Shown: positions 1-12,518, counted from the first letter of the stretch. The stretch is DNA of 55,618 nt from Solirubrobacteraceae bacterium (GCA_051005755.1 JBPCJA010000194.1:1-55618); one strand, 5' to 3'. Notes: generated by a model from the letters alone, not told the origin. Translations and numbers: made by a program.

Positions 1-1046
1 GTCGCCACATGCGGGTCATGGATCGCCACGTCGGCCAGCTCGCGCTCCAGCAGCCGCACGAGCTTGTGCGCGAGCGAGTCGCGTTCGTCGTCGGTGTCGG
101 CCTTGAAGGCCAGTCCGAGCACCGCGACCTTGCGCCCGGCCAGCGACCCCATCCGGCGCTTGACGCCGCTGACCAGGAAGTGCGGGACCGTTTCGTTGAC
201 GCGCGATACCGCTAGCAGCATGCCTGGCGCATTCGAGCGCTCCTCGGAGAACGTGAAGTCCTTGCGCAGGCACGACCCGGCGGTGAAGCCGGGGCGCTCG
301 ATGCCGCCGCGCGGGTAGTCGCGGTTGATGAGGTCGATGACGTCGAAGACGTTGGCCCCGTACTGGTCGCAGTCCATCATCAGCAGGTTGGGCAGCGCGA
401 ACTGGGTGTAGCGGATGATGTTCGTCCAGATCTTCGCGAGCTCGGCCTGGACCGGCGTGGTCTGCACGATCGGCGCGCCGAAGACCTCGAACAGGCTCGC
501 GACAATCTCGCCGGAGCGTTCCCCGACCCCACCCACGATGCACGGCAGGGTCGCGATCTCCTCGAGGAAGTGGCCGGCGGCGATGCGCTCGGGGCAATGG
601 GCGACGAACACCTCCTCGCCGATATCGAAGCCGCGGTGCTTGGCGAGGTAACCCGCGACGAACTCGGTCGTGCCCGGGGCGATCGTCGAGCGCAGCGTCA
701 GCGCGTGGCCGGGACGCAGGTGCGCCAGCAGGTCGTCCAGCGCCGAGCGGATGCCGCGCATGTCGATCTCGATGTGCGAGAACGACGGCGTGCCGAGCGT
801 GATCACGATGTGCTCGGCCAGCGCCGCGTCGGCGACGCGGTCGGAGACGGTCAGCGTGCCGGCCGCGTGGACGCGGTTCAGCGCCTCCTGCGCGCCCGGC
901 TCGGCGAACGGCATGCGCGCGTCGCGGACGGCCTGCAGGCGGTCCGCGTCCTTGTCGACGCCGAGCACGCTGAGGCCGCGATCTGCGAACGAGATCGCGA
1001 GCGGGAGCCCGATCCGGCCGAGCCCGATGACGGCGACCTCAGGCAT
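1..1046 (-). CDS. Nucleotide-sugar dehydrogenase (UDP-glucose/GDP-mannose dehydrogenase family, possibly WecC-like); 3' end runs off the left edge
   Basis: Absent from the ORF track because there is no stop in the window. Manual reverse translation from ATG 1046-1044 gives MPEVAVIGLGRIGLPLAISFADRGLSVLGVDKDADRLQAV (Rossmann GxGxxG), then CPERIAAGHFLEE, AELAKIWTNIIRYTQFALPNLLMM and GRKVAVLGLAFKADTDDERDS. The frame stays open to nt 3. It lies 12 nt downstream of the WecG-type gene on the same strand. The WecC role is inferred from that neighbour only. Confidence 0.85.
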   Translation of the reverse strand, partial: MPEVAVIGLGRIGLPLAISFADRGLSVLGVDKDADRLQAVRDARMPFAEPGAQEALNRVHAAGTLTVSDRVADAALAEHIVITLGTPSFSHIEIDMRGIRSALDDLLAHLRPGHALTLRSTIAPGTTEFVAGYLAKHRGFDIGEEVFVAHCPERIAAGHFLEEIATLPCIVGGVGERSGEIVASLFEVFGAPIVQTTPVQAELAKIWTNIIRYTQFALPNLLMMDCDQYGANVFDVIDLINRDYPRGGIERPGFTAGSCLRKDFTFSEERSNAPGMLLAVSRVNETVPHFLVSGVKRRMGSLAGRKVAVLGLAFKADTDDERDSLAHKLVRLLERELADVAIHDPHVA

Positions 1047-1058
1047 GAGGCGGGGAAT

Positions 1059-1901
1059 CTATCGCTCGCGGGGGTCGCCGAGCAGGCGGTGGCGCGCGTA
1101 CTGGCGCGCGAATCCCGTGATGAAGCGGGGGTTGTAGCGCACGTAGCGCGGTCCCAGGCGCTTTGGCTCCTGCACCATCCGAAAGAGCCACTCCAGCCCG
1201 GCGGACTGCATCCACTCGGGCGCCTGCGGCACGAGGCCGGCGTGGAAGTCGAACGCCGCGCCGACGCCGACGAGCACCGCAGCGTCGAGGCGGTCGCGCA
1301 TCGCCGCCATCCACTTCTCCTGCTTGGGAGCGCCGACGCCGACCCAGATGACGTCGGCCTTGGAGCGGTTCATCTCCTCGACGATCACGTCCTCCTCCTC
1401 CGCGGAGAGGTCGCGGAAGGGCGGCGAGTAGCCGCCGACGATCTTCACGCCCGGGAAGCGCCGGCGCAGGTTCAGCGCCAGCTGCACGAGGGCGCCCTGG
1501 TTGCGGCCGCCGTAGAGGTACATCCGGGTGCCGGTCTGCGCGCCGCGCTCGCAGTAGCGGGCCATCAGCTCGGGGCCGTAGACGCGCTCGTCGAGGTCGC
1601 CGCCGAGGGCGTTCATCGCCCACACCAGCGGCTGGCCGTCGGGCACCGTGAGGGACGAGTTCAGGACCGCCTCGCGCAGCTCGGGGTCCTCGCCGCAGAC
1701 CATGATCGTGTGCGTCGCCGCGACGCAGATGTAGCCCTTCTCCTGATGGGAGATCGCGCCGTCCATCCACGCCATCGTCTCCTCGTAGTTGGTCATCGCC
1801 AGCGGCACGCCGAGCACGTCCATCGCGTCGGGCGTGGCGAGGGTGGCCGCCGGCCGCGAGGGCACGGGCAGCCCGGTGGGGAGGGGGCGGGAGATGGTCA
1901 T
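1059..1901 (-). CDS. WecG/TagA/CpsF-family (GT26) glycosyltransferase
   Basis: From ORF 1059..2126, with the start trimmed to ATG 1901 (MTISRPL); ATG 1823 (MDVLGVPLA) is an alternative. Family-typical blocks: GVPLAMTNYEETMAWM, VPDGQPLVWA, VGVGAPKQEKWM, GLEWLFRMVQEPKRL. Confidence 0.85.
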   Translation of the reverse strand: MTISRPLPTGLPVPSRPAATLATPDAMDVLGVPLAMTNYEETMAWMDGAISHQEKGYICVAATHTIMVCGEDPELREAVLNSSLTVPDGQPLVWAMNALGGDLDERVYGPELMARYCERGAQTGTRMYLYGGRNQGALVQLALNLRRRFPGVKIVGGYSPPFRDLSAEEEDVIVEEMNRSKADVIWVGVGAPKQEKWMAAMRDRLDAAVLVGVGAAFDFHAGLVPQAPEWMQSAGLEWLFRMVQEPKRLGPRYVRYNPRFITGFARQYARHRLLGDPRER

Positions 1902-2055
1902 GTGGGGTTCCGACGACGGGGGGTGCCGTCTCAGGGTACGAGTGAGAACGCCCCCGGGCCCGAAAGGTTGCGTTCTTGCACGGCGCGATACGCAGCCCCC
2001 TCCTGCGCCCTTACCCGTCGATCCTGTCACGAAACGCTCCCGATACCCTGCCCGC

Positions 2056-3006
2056 GTGCCCCGCGCACTGATCACCGGCGTCAGCGGACAGGACGGCTGG
2101 TACCTCAGCGAGCTGCTGCATGCCAAGGGCTACGAGGTCGTCGGACTCGTGCGGCCCGGATCCGACGCGCCCGCGCCGGCGGGGGTCGCGACGCTGCCCG
2201 CAGACCTCGCCGACGCCGACGCGCTGCGCGCCGCCGTGCTGCAGACGGCGCCCGACGAGCTCTATCACCTCGCCGCGCCGACGTTCGTCCCCGCGTCGTG
2301 GAAGGACCCCGCGGGCACGCTCGTGCAAGTCGCCGGCGCGACGGCCACGCTGCTGCTCGCCGCGCACGAGGCCGACGCGCAGGTGCGCGTCATGTCGGCC
2401 AGCTCGGGCGAGATCTTCGGTGCCGCCAACGTCTCGCCGCAGGACGAGGACACGCCGATGCGGCCGCGCTCGCCGTACGGCGTGGCGAAGGTCGCCGCCT
2501 TCGGGATGGTCGACAACCTGCGCCGCAAGCGCGGTCTGCACGCCTCCAGCGCGATCGCCTACAACCACGAGTCGCCGCGGCGCCCCGAGCGCTTCCTGCC
2601 GCGCAAGGTCGCGCGCGGCGCGGCGGCGATCAAGCTCGGGCTGCAGGACGAGCTCGTGCTCGGCGACCTCGACGCGGTGCGCGACTGGTGCCACGCGCGC
2701 GACGTCGTGCGCGGCTACCGGCTCATGCTCCAGCAGGACGAGCCCGGCGACTACGTCCTCGCGGGCGGCAGCGGTCGCACCGTGCGCGACCTCGTCGACA
2801 CGGCCTTCAGCTGCGTCGGCCTGGATCCCGCCGACCACGTCCGCGTCGACGAGACGCTCGTCCGCCCGTCGGAGCGAACCCCGCCTGTCGGCGACATCTC
2901 GCGGGCGCGGGAGCGGCTGGGCTGGGAGCCGGAGACGAGCTTTGAGGCGATGATCGAGGAGATGGTGCAGGCCGACCTCGAGGAGCTCGGCGCGGCCGCG
3001 CGGTAA
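2056..3006 (+). CDS. GDP-mannose 4,6-dehydratase-like SDR (divergent paralogue)
   Basis: Frame of ORF 1789..3006. GTG 2056 gives VPRALITGVSGQDGWYLSELLHAKGYEVVGL. Later blocks are YGVAKVAAFG, AYNHESPRRPERFLPRKV and LGDLDAVRDWCHARDVV, as in Gmd. The upstream part of the track ORF is low-complexity and overlaps the divergent promoter region. Confidence 0.8.
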   Translation: MPRALITGVSGQDGWYLSELLHAKGYEVVGLVRPGSDAPAPAGVATLPADLADADALRAAVLQTAPDELYHLAAPTFVPASWKDPAGTLVQVAGATATLLLAAHEADAQVRVMSASSGEIFGAANVSPQDEDTPMRPRSPYGVAKVAAFGMVDNLRRKRGLHASSAIAYNHESPRRPERFLPRKVARGAAAIKLGLQDELVLGDLDAVRDWCHARDVVRGYRLMLQQDEPGDYVLAGGSGRTVRDLVDTAFSCVGLDPADHVRVDETLVRPSERTPPVGDISRARERLGWEPETSFEAMIEEMVQADLEELGAAAR

Positions 3007-3055
3007 GCGCGCGTGCCTCTCGCGAGCTTGCCGAGCTTCTAGACTCGCGCCGATC

Positions 3056-4303
3056 ATGGCCTTGGGAGTCATCGGCATGGGCTACGTGGGCCTGCCGCTC
3101 GCCGTTGCCTTCGCCGCGGAGGGCCACGACGTCGTGGCCTTCGACGTCGATCGGTGCAAGGTCGACGCGCTGCGCCGCGGTGAGTCCTACGTGGAGGACG
3201 TCGCCGACCGGGCGCTCGCCGCCGTCGCGGGGCGGATCGAGGCGACGACGCGGCCCGACGCGCTCGCCCGCTGCGACGCCGTGCTGATCTGCGTGCCGAC
3301 ACCCCTGACGGCCAACCGCGAGCCGGACCTCGGTCCGCTCGTCGACGCCTGCCGCGCGCTCTCGGAGGTCGTGCAGGCGGGCCAGCTCGTCGTGCTCGAG
3401 TCGACCACCTATCCCGGCACCACGCGCGAGCGCGTCGCCCCGATCCTCGCCGAGTCCGGCCTCGTCGCCGGCGTGGACTTCAGCCTCGCCTTCTCGCCCG
3501 AGCGCGTCGACCCCGGCCGCACGGACCACACGATGCGCACGACGCCGAAGGTCGTCGGGGGGCTGACGGAGGCCTGCGGCGACCGCGCCGAGGCGCTGTA
3601 CCGCGACATCTGCGACACGATCGTGCGCGTCTCCACGCCCGAGGCGGCGGAGCTCACGAAGCTGTTGGAGAACATCTTCCGTTCGGTCAACATCGCGCTC
3701 GTCAACGAGCTGGCGATGCTCTGCGACCGCATGCAGATCGACATCTGGGAGGTCGTCGACGCCGCTTCGACGAAGCCCTATGGGTTCATGCGCTTCGAGC
3801 CCGGGCCCGGCATGGGCGGCCACTGCATGCCGGTCGATCCCTTCTACCTGTCGTGGCGCGCGCGCGAGTTCGACATGACGACGGAGTTCATCGAGCTCGC
3901 CGGCAAGATCAACCAGCAGATGCCCTACCACTGCGTGGCGAAGGTCGAGCGCCTGCTCAACGACGCCGGCAAGCCGGTCCGCGGATCGAAGATCGCCATC
4001 CTGGGCGTGGCCTACAAGCCCGGCGTCGGCGACGTGCGCGAGTCACCCGGCCTGAAGATCGTCACGCTGCTGGCCGCGCTCGGCGCCGACGTGCGCTACC
4101 ACGATCCGTTCGTGTCCGAGCTGCCCGCTCACGGCCTGCGCAGCGAGGCGCTCGACGTCGTGCTCGCCGGCGCCGACCTGGCGCTCATCGTCACGGCCCA
4201 CCCGGGCGTCGATCACGACGCGGCGGTCGCCGGCGTGCCGCTGGCGCTCGACCTGCGCGGCGTCACGCGGCACAGCGCGGGCGGCCGCGCAGTGCTCCTG
4301 TGA
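3056..4303 (+). CDS. Nucleotide-sugar 6-dehydrogenase (WbpA/TviB-like UDP-N-acetylhexosamine dehydrogenase family)
   Basis: MALGVIGMGYVGLPLAVAFAAEGHDVVAFD (Rossmann), AELTKLLENIFRSVNIALVNELA, GPGMGGHCMPVDPFYLSW, KIAILGVAYKPGVGDVRESP. Confidence 0.88.
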   Translation: MALGVIGMGYVGLPLAVAFAAEGHDVVAFDVDRCKVDALRRGESYVEDVADRALAAVAGRIEATTRPDALARCDAVLICVPTPLTANREPDLGPLVDACRALSEVVQAGQLVVLESTTYPGTTRERVAPILAESGLVAGVDFSLAFSPERVDPGRTDHTMRTTPKVVGGLTEACGDRAEALYRDICDTIVRVSTPEAAELTKLLENIFRSVNIALVNELAMLCDRMQIDIWEVVDAASTKPYGFMRFEPGPGMGGHCMPVDPFYLSWRAREFDMTTEFIELAGKINQQMPYHCVAKVERLLNDAGKPVRGSKIAILGVAYKPGVGDVRESPGLKIVTLLAALGADVRYHDPFVSELPAHGLRSEALDVVLAGADLALIVTAHPGVDHDAAVAGVPLALDLRGVTRHSAGGRAVLL

Positions 4304-5301
4304 CCGCGCCCGTGCGGGTCGGCGTCGTCGGCCTCGGCTACTGGGGCCCGAACCTCGCCCGCAACCTCGACGCGCTCGATGGCGTCGAGCTGGCGTGGTG
4401 CTGCGACGCGCGCGAGCAGGCACGCGAGCGCCTCGCCGCGAGCTTCCGCCGCACGCGCTTCACCGCCGACCTCGAGGACCTGCTGGCCGACGACGAGCTC
4501 GACGCGGTCATCGTCGCGACGCCGGTGCCGACGCACGCGCAGCTCGCCGTCCGCGTCCTGCAGGCGGGCAAGCACTGCTTCGTCGAGAAGCCGCTCGCGC
4601 AGTCGGTCGCCGACGGCGAGCGCGCGGTCGCGGCGGCGCGCGAGGCCGATCGCCTGCTGATGGTCGGGCACCTGCTCGAGTACCACCCCGGCGTGCGCAA
4701 GCTCAAGCAGGTCGCCGACTCGGGCGAGCTCGGCGAGATCCACTACATCTACTCCAACCGGCTCAACCTCGGCCAGCTGCGCGCCGACGAGAACGCGCTG
4801 TGGAGCCTCGGCGCGCACGACATCTCCGTGATCCTGCATCTCGCCGGCGAGGATCCGCACGAGCTCTCGGCACACGGCGAGTCGTACATGCGCCCGGGCG
4901 TCGAGGACGTCGTCTTCGCGTTCCTGCGCTTCCCGTCCGGCCTGGCCGCGCACCTGCACCTGTCGTGGCTTGACCCGCACAAGGAGCGGCGCTTCACCGT
5001 CGTCGGATCGCAGCGGATGGCGACGTTCGACGACATGGACTTCGAGCGCAAGGTCACCGTCTACGACAAGGGCTTCGACCAGAAGTCCGACTCCTACGGC
5101 GAGTACATCACCCGCGCCGGCGACATCTACAGCCCGCGGATCTCCAACGCAGAGCCGCTGCGCTTGGAGGTCGAGCACTTCGTGGCGTGCGTGCGAGACG
5201 GCACGGCGCCGCGCTCGGACGGCGACAGCGGGCTGCGCGTGGTGCGCGTGCTCGAGGAGCTGCAGGCGGAGCTGGACCGCACGCGGCGCGTCACGGAGTG
5301 A
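4300..5301 (+). CDS. Gfo/Idh/MocA-family oxidoreductase (WbpB-like)
   Basis: GTG 4300 overlaps the upstream TGA (GTGA). VTAPVRVGVVGLGYWGPNLARNL, DAVIVATPVPTHAQLAVRVLQAGKHCFVEKPLA, LMVGHLLEYHPG. GTG 4312 is an alternative start. Confidence 0.85.
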   Translation: MTAPVRVGVVGLGYWGPNLARNLDALDGVELAWCCDAREQARERLAASFRRTRFTADLEDLLADDELDAVIVATPVPTHAQLAVRVLQAGKHCFVEKPLAQSVADGERAVAAAREADRLLMVGHLLEYHPGVRKLKQVADSGELGEIHYIYSNRLNLGQLRADENALWSLGAHDISVILHLAGEDPHELSAHGESYMRPGVEDVVFAFLRFPSGLAAHLHLSWLDPHKERRFTVVGSQRMATFDDMDFERKVTVYDKGFDQKSDSYGEYITRAGDIYSPRISNAEPLRLEVEHFVACVRDGTAPRSDGDSGLRVVRVLEELQAELDRTRRVTE

Positions 5302-5331
5302 CGGCCGCGAGGCGATTCGGCGCGTGGGAGC

Positions 5332-5574
5332 TCAGGTTGCCGCGGATCCGACCGTTGGGGCGAGGTCAGCGAGAGCCTCGACGTAGGCGCGAGCGTCATC
5401 GAGCGATGCGTGACTACCGTCGTGCATGCACCAACCCGACCCACTGGAGTGGCGCTCGGCAACCAGCCACCGATGACGTAGTTCCGTGTTGAGCTTCCAC
5501 GGGTTGGCTATGCGCCACTGACCATCGGGGGACTCGAACAGCCCGCGCTCGATCTTGCGCCAGTCGTCAGGCAT
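5332..5574 (-). CDS. Hypothetical small protein (80 aa)
   Basis: ATG 5574 inside ORF 5332..5664: MPDDWRKIERGLFESPDGQWRIANPWKLNTELRHRWLVAERHSSGSGWCMHDG. It has non-repetitive, protein-like composition. It overlaps the stop of the upstream 84-aa ORF by 8 nt. GC3 is visibly lower than in neighbouring genes. No family recognised. Confidence 0.45.
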   Translation of the reverse strand: MPDDWRKIERGLFESPDGQWRIANPWKLNTELRHRWLVAERHSSGSGWCMHDGSHASLDDARAYVEALADLAPTVGSAAT

Positions 5575-5821
5575 CGACGTTCTCCTTTGTGAGGTACTTC
5601 TCGTGGGTGACGTGTAGCACGCAGCCCGGAGCGAATGCTTCGTCGTCGAGGACGCGAGCGGCACGCAGGAGTGCGACTCGCTGCGCGTGCTGACGCGGAG
5701 CCAGCTCTCGCTTGTCGGCCCACCGCGTGAGCTGACGATGGGCGGCGAACCTCAGCACCGCCATCTCGTCGCCGGACAGGTACCGCGTCGGCCCATCGCT
5801 CGTGGATCGGGTCTGGGGCAC
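5567..5821 (-). CDS. Hypothetical small protein (84 aa)
   Basis: ORF 5567..5821: MPQTRSTSDGPTRYLSGDEMAVLRFAAHRQLTRWADKRELAPRQHAQRVALLRAARVLDDEAFAPGCVLHVTHEKYLTKENVDA. It is protein-like and overlaps the downstream ORF. No family recognised. Confidence 0.45.
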   Translation of the reverse strand: MPQTRSTSDGPTRYLSGDEMAVLRFAAHRQLTRWADKRELAPRQHAQRVALLRAARVLDDEAFAPGCVLHVTHEKYLTKENVDA

Positions 5822-6526
5822 GGCGAGCTACCCCACCGCATCGGTGCGATCTCCAGCAACTCGGGGAAAATGACGCAGCCTTCCTCGCCGCGACCAAGGA
5901 GGTCTCGACCCCGCGAAGCCCGGGCGGCGACGGCGGTTGCCGCCCCGCGAGGCGATCGAGGCAGCGCGTGACGTGTCCGGATCTCTGGATAGTCGCGGAC
6001 GATGAGAGCGTCCGGACGGCTCTACGCCCGCCTCGGCCTCCGCCCTGCGCCTGGACCACGCTGGGTTCCCTTGGGACCTGTTGCCGGGTGCGGGGAGGCA
6101 CTGACCTCGCTGCGGCTCGACCGCGCGCGTGGGTATAGCGGGAGCATGCAGAAGTGACGGATGGGCAGTCCGTGACGGACGAGGGGTCACTACTGCACGT
6201 ATCTCATGCGGAAGTGCCCGCGGTTGGTGGACGCTTCGTCCAAGTGTCACTTGTGCATGTGCCAGGGTTCAGTAACGAGCGCATAGCCGATGGCGTGGGG
6301 GCTGTCCTCGTCGGCGACGCCGTCCCGCGGTCGCCGCCCGGCGACTCGGCGCGCAGCCCGACCGCGAGCGCTCGGCCGCCGAGCGACGTCCCAGATCGTC
6401 CGCCGCCACCAAGCTGGATGGCAGGCCGCTCGACGGCTGTCAACCAATTCCAAGGGCGCCTCCGGCGCCAACGAGCCGAGGGCCCGGCGCTCAGCGATCC
6501 CTGCATGCCTGCGGTGGCCCGCTCGC

Positions 6527-7612
6527 TCAGCCGAGCACGGCGTGGACCGCCACGACGACCTCCGCGGCCTGGCCGGCGCTCAGGACCGGGCTCATCGGCA
6601 GCGCGATGTGGGTGCGCGCGAGCTCGTCGGTGACGGGCAGCTCGGCGGCCCCGCCGAACGCGCGCATCGCCGGCTGGCGGTGCAGCGGCGTGCGGTAGTA
6701 GCCCCTGCAGCCGATCCCGGCGGCCGTCAGGCCGGCCTCGAGCTCGCTCGCGCGCTCGCTGCGCACGACGTACAGATGCCACGCCGGCTCGGCGTCCGCC
6801 GCCGCGACCGGCAGCGTCACGAGCTCGCCGAGCCCGGCCTCCTCGTACTGGCGGGCGGCGGCGCGCCGGCCGTCGGCCCAGGCGTCGAGGTGCGGGAGCT
6901 CGACGCGCAGGATCGCCGCCTGCAGCTCGTCGAGGCGCGAGTTGTAGCCGACGTGCTCGTAGGTGACCTTGTCGTGCGAGCCGTGGAAGCGCAGCATCCG
7001 CACCCGCTCGGCGAGCGCGCCGTCACCGGTCGTGATCGCGCCGCCGTCGCCGAAGCAGCCGAGGTTCTTCGACGGAAAGAAGCTGAACGTCGCCGCGGTG
7101 CCCAGCGCGCCGGGCCGCCCGGTGGGCGACCGCGAGCCGGCCGCCTGGGCCGCGTCCTCGAGCACCGGCACGCCGAGCGCCTCGATCTCGGCGATCGGCG
7201 CGACGTTGCCGAAGAGGTGCACGGCGACGACCGCCGTCGTCGCCGGCGTCAAGGCGGCCCGCACCGTCTCGGCCGTGACGCAGGCGGTGTCGGGATCGAC
7301 GTCGCAGAACACGGGGCGCGCGCCGGCGTTCGCCACCGCCTCGGCCGTGGCGAAGAACGTGAACGAGGGAACGACGACGTCGTCGCCGGGGCCGACGCCC
7401 ATCGCCCGCAGGGCGATCGTCAGCGCGTCGGTGCCGTTGGCGACGCCGATCGCGTGCGCGCTGGCGCAGTAAGCCGCCAGCTCGTCCTCGAACGCCGCGA
7501 CCTCGGGGCCGAGGATGAAGCGCCCCGAGTCCAGCACGCCGCCGATCGCCGCCTCGAGCTCGGCGCGCAGCGGCGCCAGTGGCGTGGAGGTGTCGAAGAG
7601 GGGAACGGGCAT
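6527..7612 (-). CDS. DegT/DnrJ/EryC1/StrS-family PLP-dependent sugar aminotransferase (WbpE-like)
   Basis: LGPEVAAFEDELAAYCASAHAIGVANGTDALTIAL, VVVPSFTFFATAEAV and ATFSFFPSKNLGCFGDGGAITT (the Lys in SFFPSK is the expected PLP lysine), plus HGSHDKVTYEHVGYNSRLDELQAAIL. Confidence 0.9.
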   Translation of the reverse strand: MPVPLFDTSTPLAPLRAELEAAIGGVLDSGRFILGPEVAAFEDELAAYCASAHAIGVANGTDALTIALRAMGVGPGDDVVVPSFTFFATAEAVANAGARPVFCDVDPDTACVTAETVRAALTPATTAVVAVHLFGNVAPIAEIEALGVPVLEDAAQAAGSRSPTGRPGALGTAATFSFFPSKNLGCFGDGGAITTGDGALAERVRMLRFHGSHDKVTYEHVGYNSRLDELQAAILRVELPHLDAWADGRRAAARQYEEAGLGELVTLPVAAADAEPAWHLYVVRSERASELEAGLTAAGIGCRGYYRTPLHRQPAMRAFGGAAELPVTDELARTHIALPMSPVLSAGQAAEVVVAVHAVLG

Positions 7613-7720
7613 ACGAGCTGCCGGAGGGTACGGGGGCGGTCGTCCGTCAGGCGCTCTGGTTCACCAACAGCATCGCTGACCGAAGGGAGGAACCGTCGCA
7701 CGCGGGTATTTCGGCGAGGT

Positions 7721-7761
7721 CTTGTCGAGTTATGAGCGGATAGAGCTCACAACTCGACAAG
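7721..7761. promoter_or_regulatory. Imperfect inverted repeat in a divergent promoter region
   Basis: cttgtcgagttatgagc (7721-7737) pairs with gctcacaactcgacaag (7745-7761): 17-nt arms, 1 mismatch, 7-nt spacer. It sits in the relatively AT-rich 260-nt gap between the aminotransferase start (7612, -) and the rfbG start (7873, +). Confidence 0.3.
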
Positions 7762-7872
7762 CACGCTCGGCGCGCTGTGGCCGATGCTTCGAAAGGCCCC
7801 TCCCTCATCGATGCCGTGCGCTCGCGCTCGCTCGCAGAAGCGGACACAGCGACCACTAGCATCCGCCGTCTC

Positions 7873-8961
7873 ATGCCATCCCTCCTAGACCCCGGGTTCT
7901 GGAGCGATCGCGCGGTGCTCGTCACCGGGCACACGGGCTTCAAGGGCGCCTGGCTCACGCTCTGGCTGCAGGTGCTCGGAGCGCGCGTCACCGGATTCGC
8001 CGACGCGATCCCGACGACGCCCTCGCTCTACGAGCTGGCGCGGGTCGGCGACCGCGTCCAGGACGTCCGCGCCGACATCCGCGACCATCCCGCGGTCCTC
8101 GCCGCCTTCGCCGAGCATGAGCCCGAGATCGTCATCCACATGGCGGCGCAGGCGTTCGTGCGCCGCTCCTTCGGCGACCCCCGCGCCACGTACGAGACGA
8201 ACGTCATGGGGACCGTCAACGTGCTCGAGGCGGTCCGTGCCACCCCCTCGGTGCGCGCGGTCGTGAACGTGACGTCGGACAAGTGCTACGACAACCGCGA
8301 GCAGCGCCGCCCGTTCGCCGAGGACGATCCGAAGGGCGGTCATGATCCGTATTCGAGCTCCAAGGGCTGTGCGGAGCTCGTCGCCGACGCATACCTGCGG
8401 TCGTACTTCGCGCCGCAGCCCGAGGGGCCGCGGCTGGGCTGCGCCCGGGCCGGCAACGTCATCGGCGGCGGCGACTGGGGCGAGGACCGCCTCATCCCGG
8501 ACATCATGCGCGGCGCGCTCGCCGGGGCGCCGATCCCGGTCCGCAACCCGGAGGCGATCCGTCCCTGGCAGCACGTGCTCAACCCGCTGTCGGGCTACCT
8601 GCGCCTCGCGCAGGCACTGCACGGCGAGCCCCGCCGCCAGGGCGGCTGGAACTTCGGTCCCGGACTCGACGACGCGCGCCCCGTGCGCTGGATCGCCAAC
8701 CGCCTGACGGAGCTCTGGCCGGAGGACCTGCGCTGGGAGCTGGATGCGAACCCGGCCACGCCACACCCGCACGAGGCCCGCTACCTCGCGCTGGACTCGA
8801 CGAAGGCGCGCGACGAGCTCGGGTGGGCGCCGACGTGGGGACTCGACGACGCGCTGGCCGGCATCGTCGCCTGGTACGAGGCGCTGCGCTCCGGCGAGGA
8901 CATGCGCGCCGTGACGCTCGCTCAGATCGAGGCCTTCCAGGCCGCGGGCGCGCCGGCCTGA
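7873..8961 (+). CDS. rfbG: CDP-glucose 4,6-dehydratase
   Basis: ATG 7873 in ORF 7777..8961: MPSLLDPGFWSDRAVLVTGHTGFKGAWLTLWLQVLGARVTG, VIHMAAQAFVRRS, NVTSDKCYDN, DPYSSSKGCAELV, IRPWQHVLNPLSGYL. Confidence 0.88.
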   Translation: MPSLLDPGFWSDRAVLVTGHTGFKGAWLTLWLQVLGARVTGFADAIPTTPSLYELARVGDRVQDVRADIRDHPAVLAAFAEHEPEIVIHMAAQAFVRRSFGDPRATYETNVMGTVNVLEAVRATPSVRAVVNVTSDKCYDNREQRRPFAEDDPKGGHDPYSSSKGCAELVADAYLRSYFAPQPEGPRLGCARAGNVIGGGDWGEDRLIPDIMRGALAGAPIPVRNPEAIRPWQHVLNPLSGYLRLAQALHGEPRRQGGWNFGPGLDDARPVRWIANRLTELWPEDLRWELDANPATPHPHEARYLALDSTKARDELGWAPTWGLDDALAGIVAWYEALRSGEDMRAVTLAQIEAFQAAGAPA

Positions 8962-8968
8962 CGGCGGC

Positions 8969-11993
<3,025 letters not shown>

Positions 11994-11997
<4 letters not shown>

Positions 11998-12518
11998 GGT
12001 TCGTCGAGACCCCGCTGGAGGGGGTGCTGCTCGTTGAGCAGGAGCGGCTGGGCGACGAGCGGGGCTACTTCGCGCGAACGTACGACCGCGAGCTGTTGCC
12101 GGTCGTCGTGCAGATGAGCACGTCGTTCAACGTGCGCGCCGGGACGCTGCGCGGGCTGCATTACCAGCAGGAGCCCCACGGCGAGTCCAAGCTCGTGCGC
12201 TGCACGCGGGGCGCGATCTTCGACGTCGCGGTCGACCTGCGGCCGGGCTCGCCGACGCGCCACCGCTGGTTCGGCGCCGAGCTGAGCGCCGCCAACGGTC
12301 GCTCGCTGCTCATCGCGCCCGGCTTCGCGCACGGCTTCCAGACGCTCGTCGACGACACCGAGGTGCTCTACGCGATGGACGCCCCGTACGTCGCCGAGGC
12401 CGCCCGCGGCGTGCGCTGGGACGACCCCGCGTTCGCGATCCCGTGGCCGGACGCGCCGTCCGGCGGGCGCACGATGTCCGAGCGCGACGCGGCCTACCCC
12501 GACGTCGGCGGCGCATGA
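11994..12518 (+). CDS. dTDP-4-dehydrorhamnose 3,5-epimerase-like cupin (NDP-sugar epimerase)
   Basis: GTG 11994 overlaps the upstream TGA (GTGA). VRFVETPLEGVLLVEQERLGDERGYFARTY, LRGLHYQQEPHGESKLVRCTRGAIFDVAVDLR, APGFAHGFQTL. Confidence 0.85.

Noticed and set aside
570-2945. Very long track ORFs with Arg/Ala/Pro/Gly-rich translations. Examples: 570..2945 +, 16721..18862 +, 16845..19178 -, 21863..23260 +, 27721..29922 +, 30428..32254 -, 34091..36121 -, 47889..51212 +, 48001..49764 -.
   Set aside because: These are typical shadow ORFs of very GC-rich DNA. They are low-complexity, overlap convincing genes in another frame or strand, and have no family motifs.
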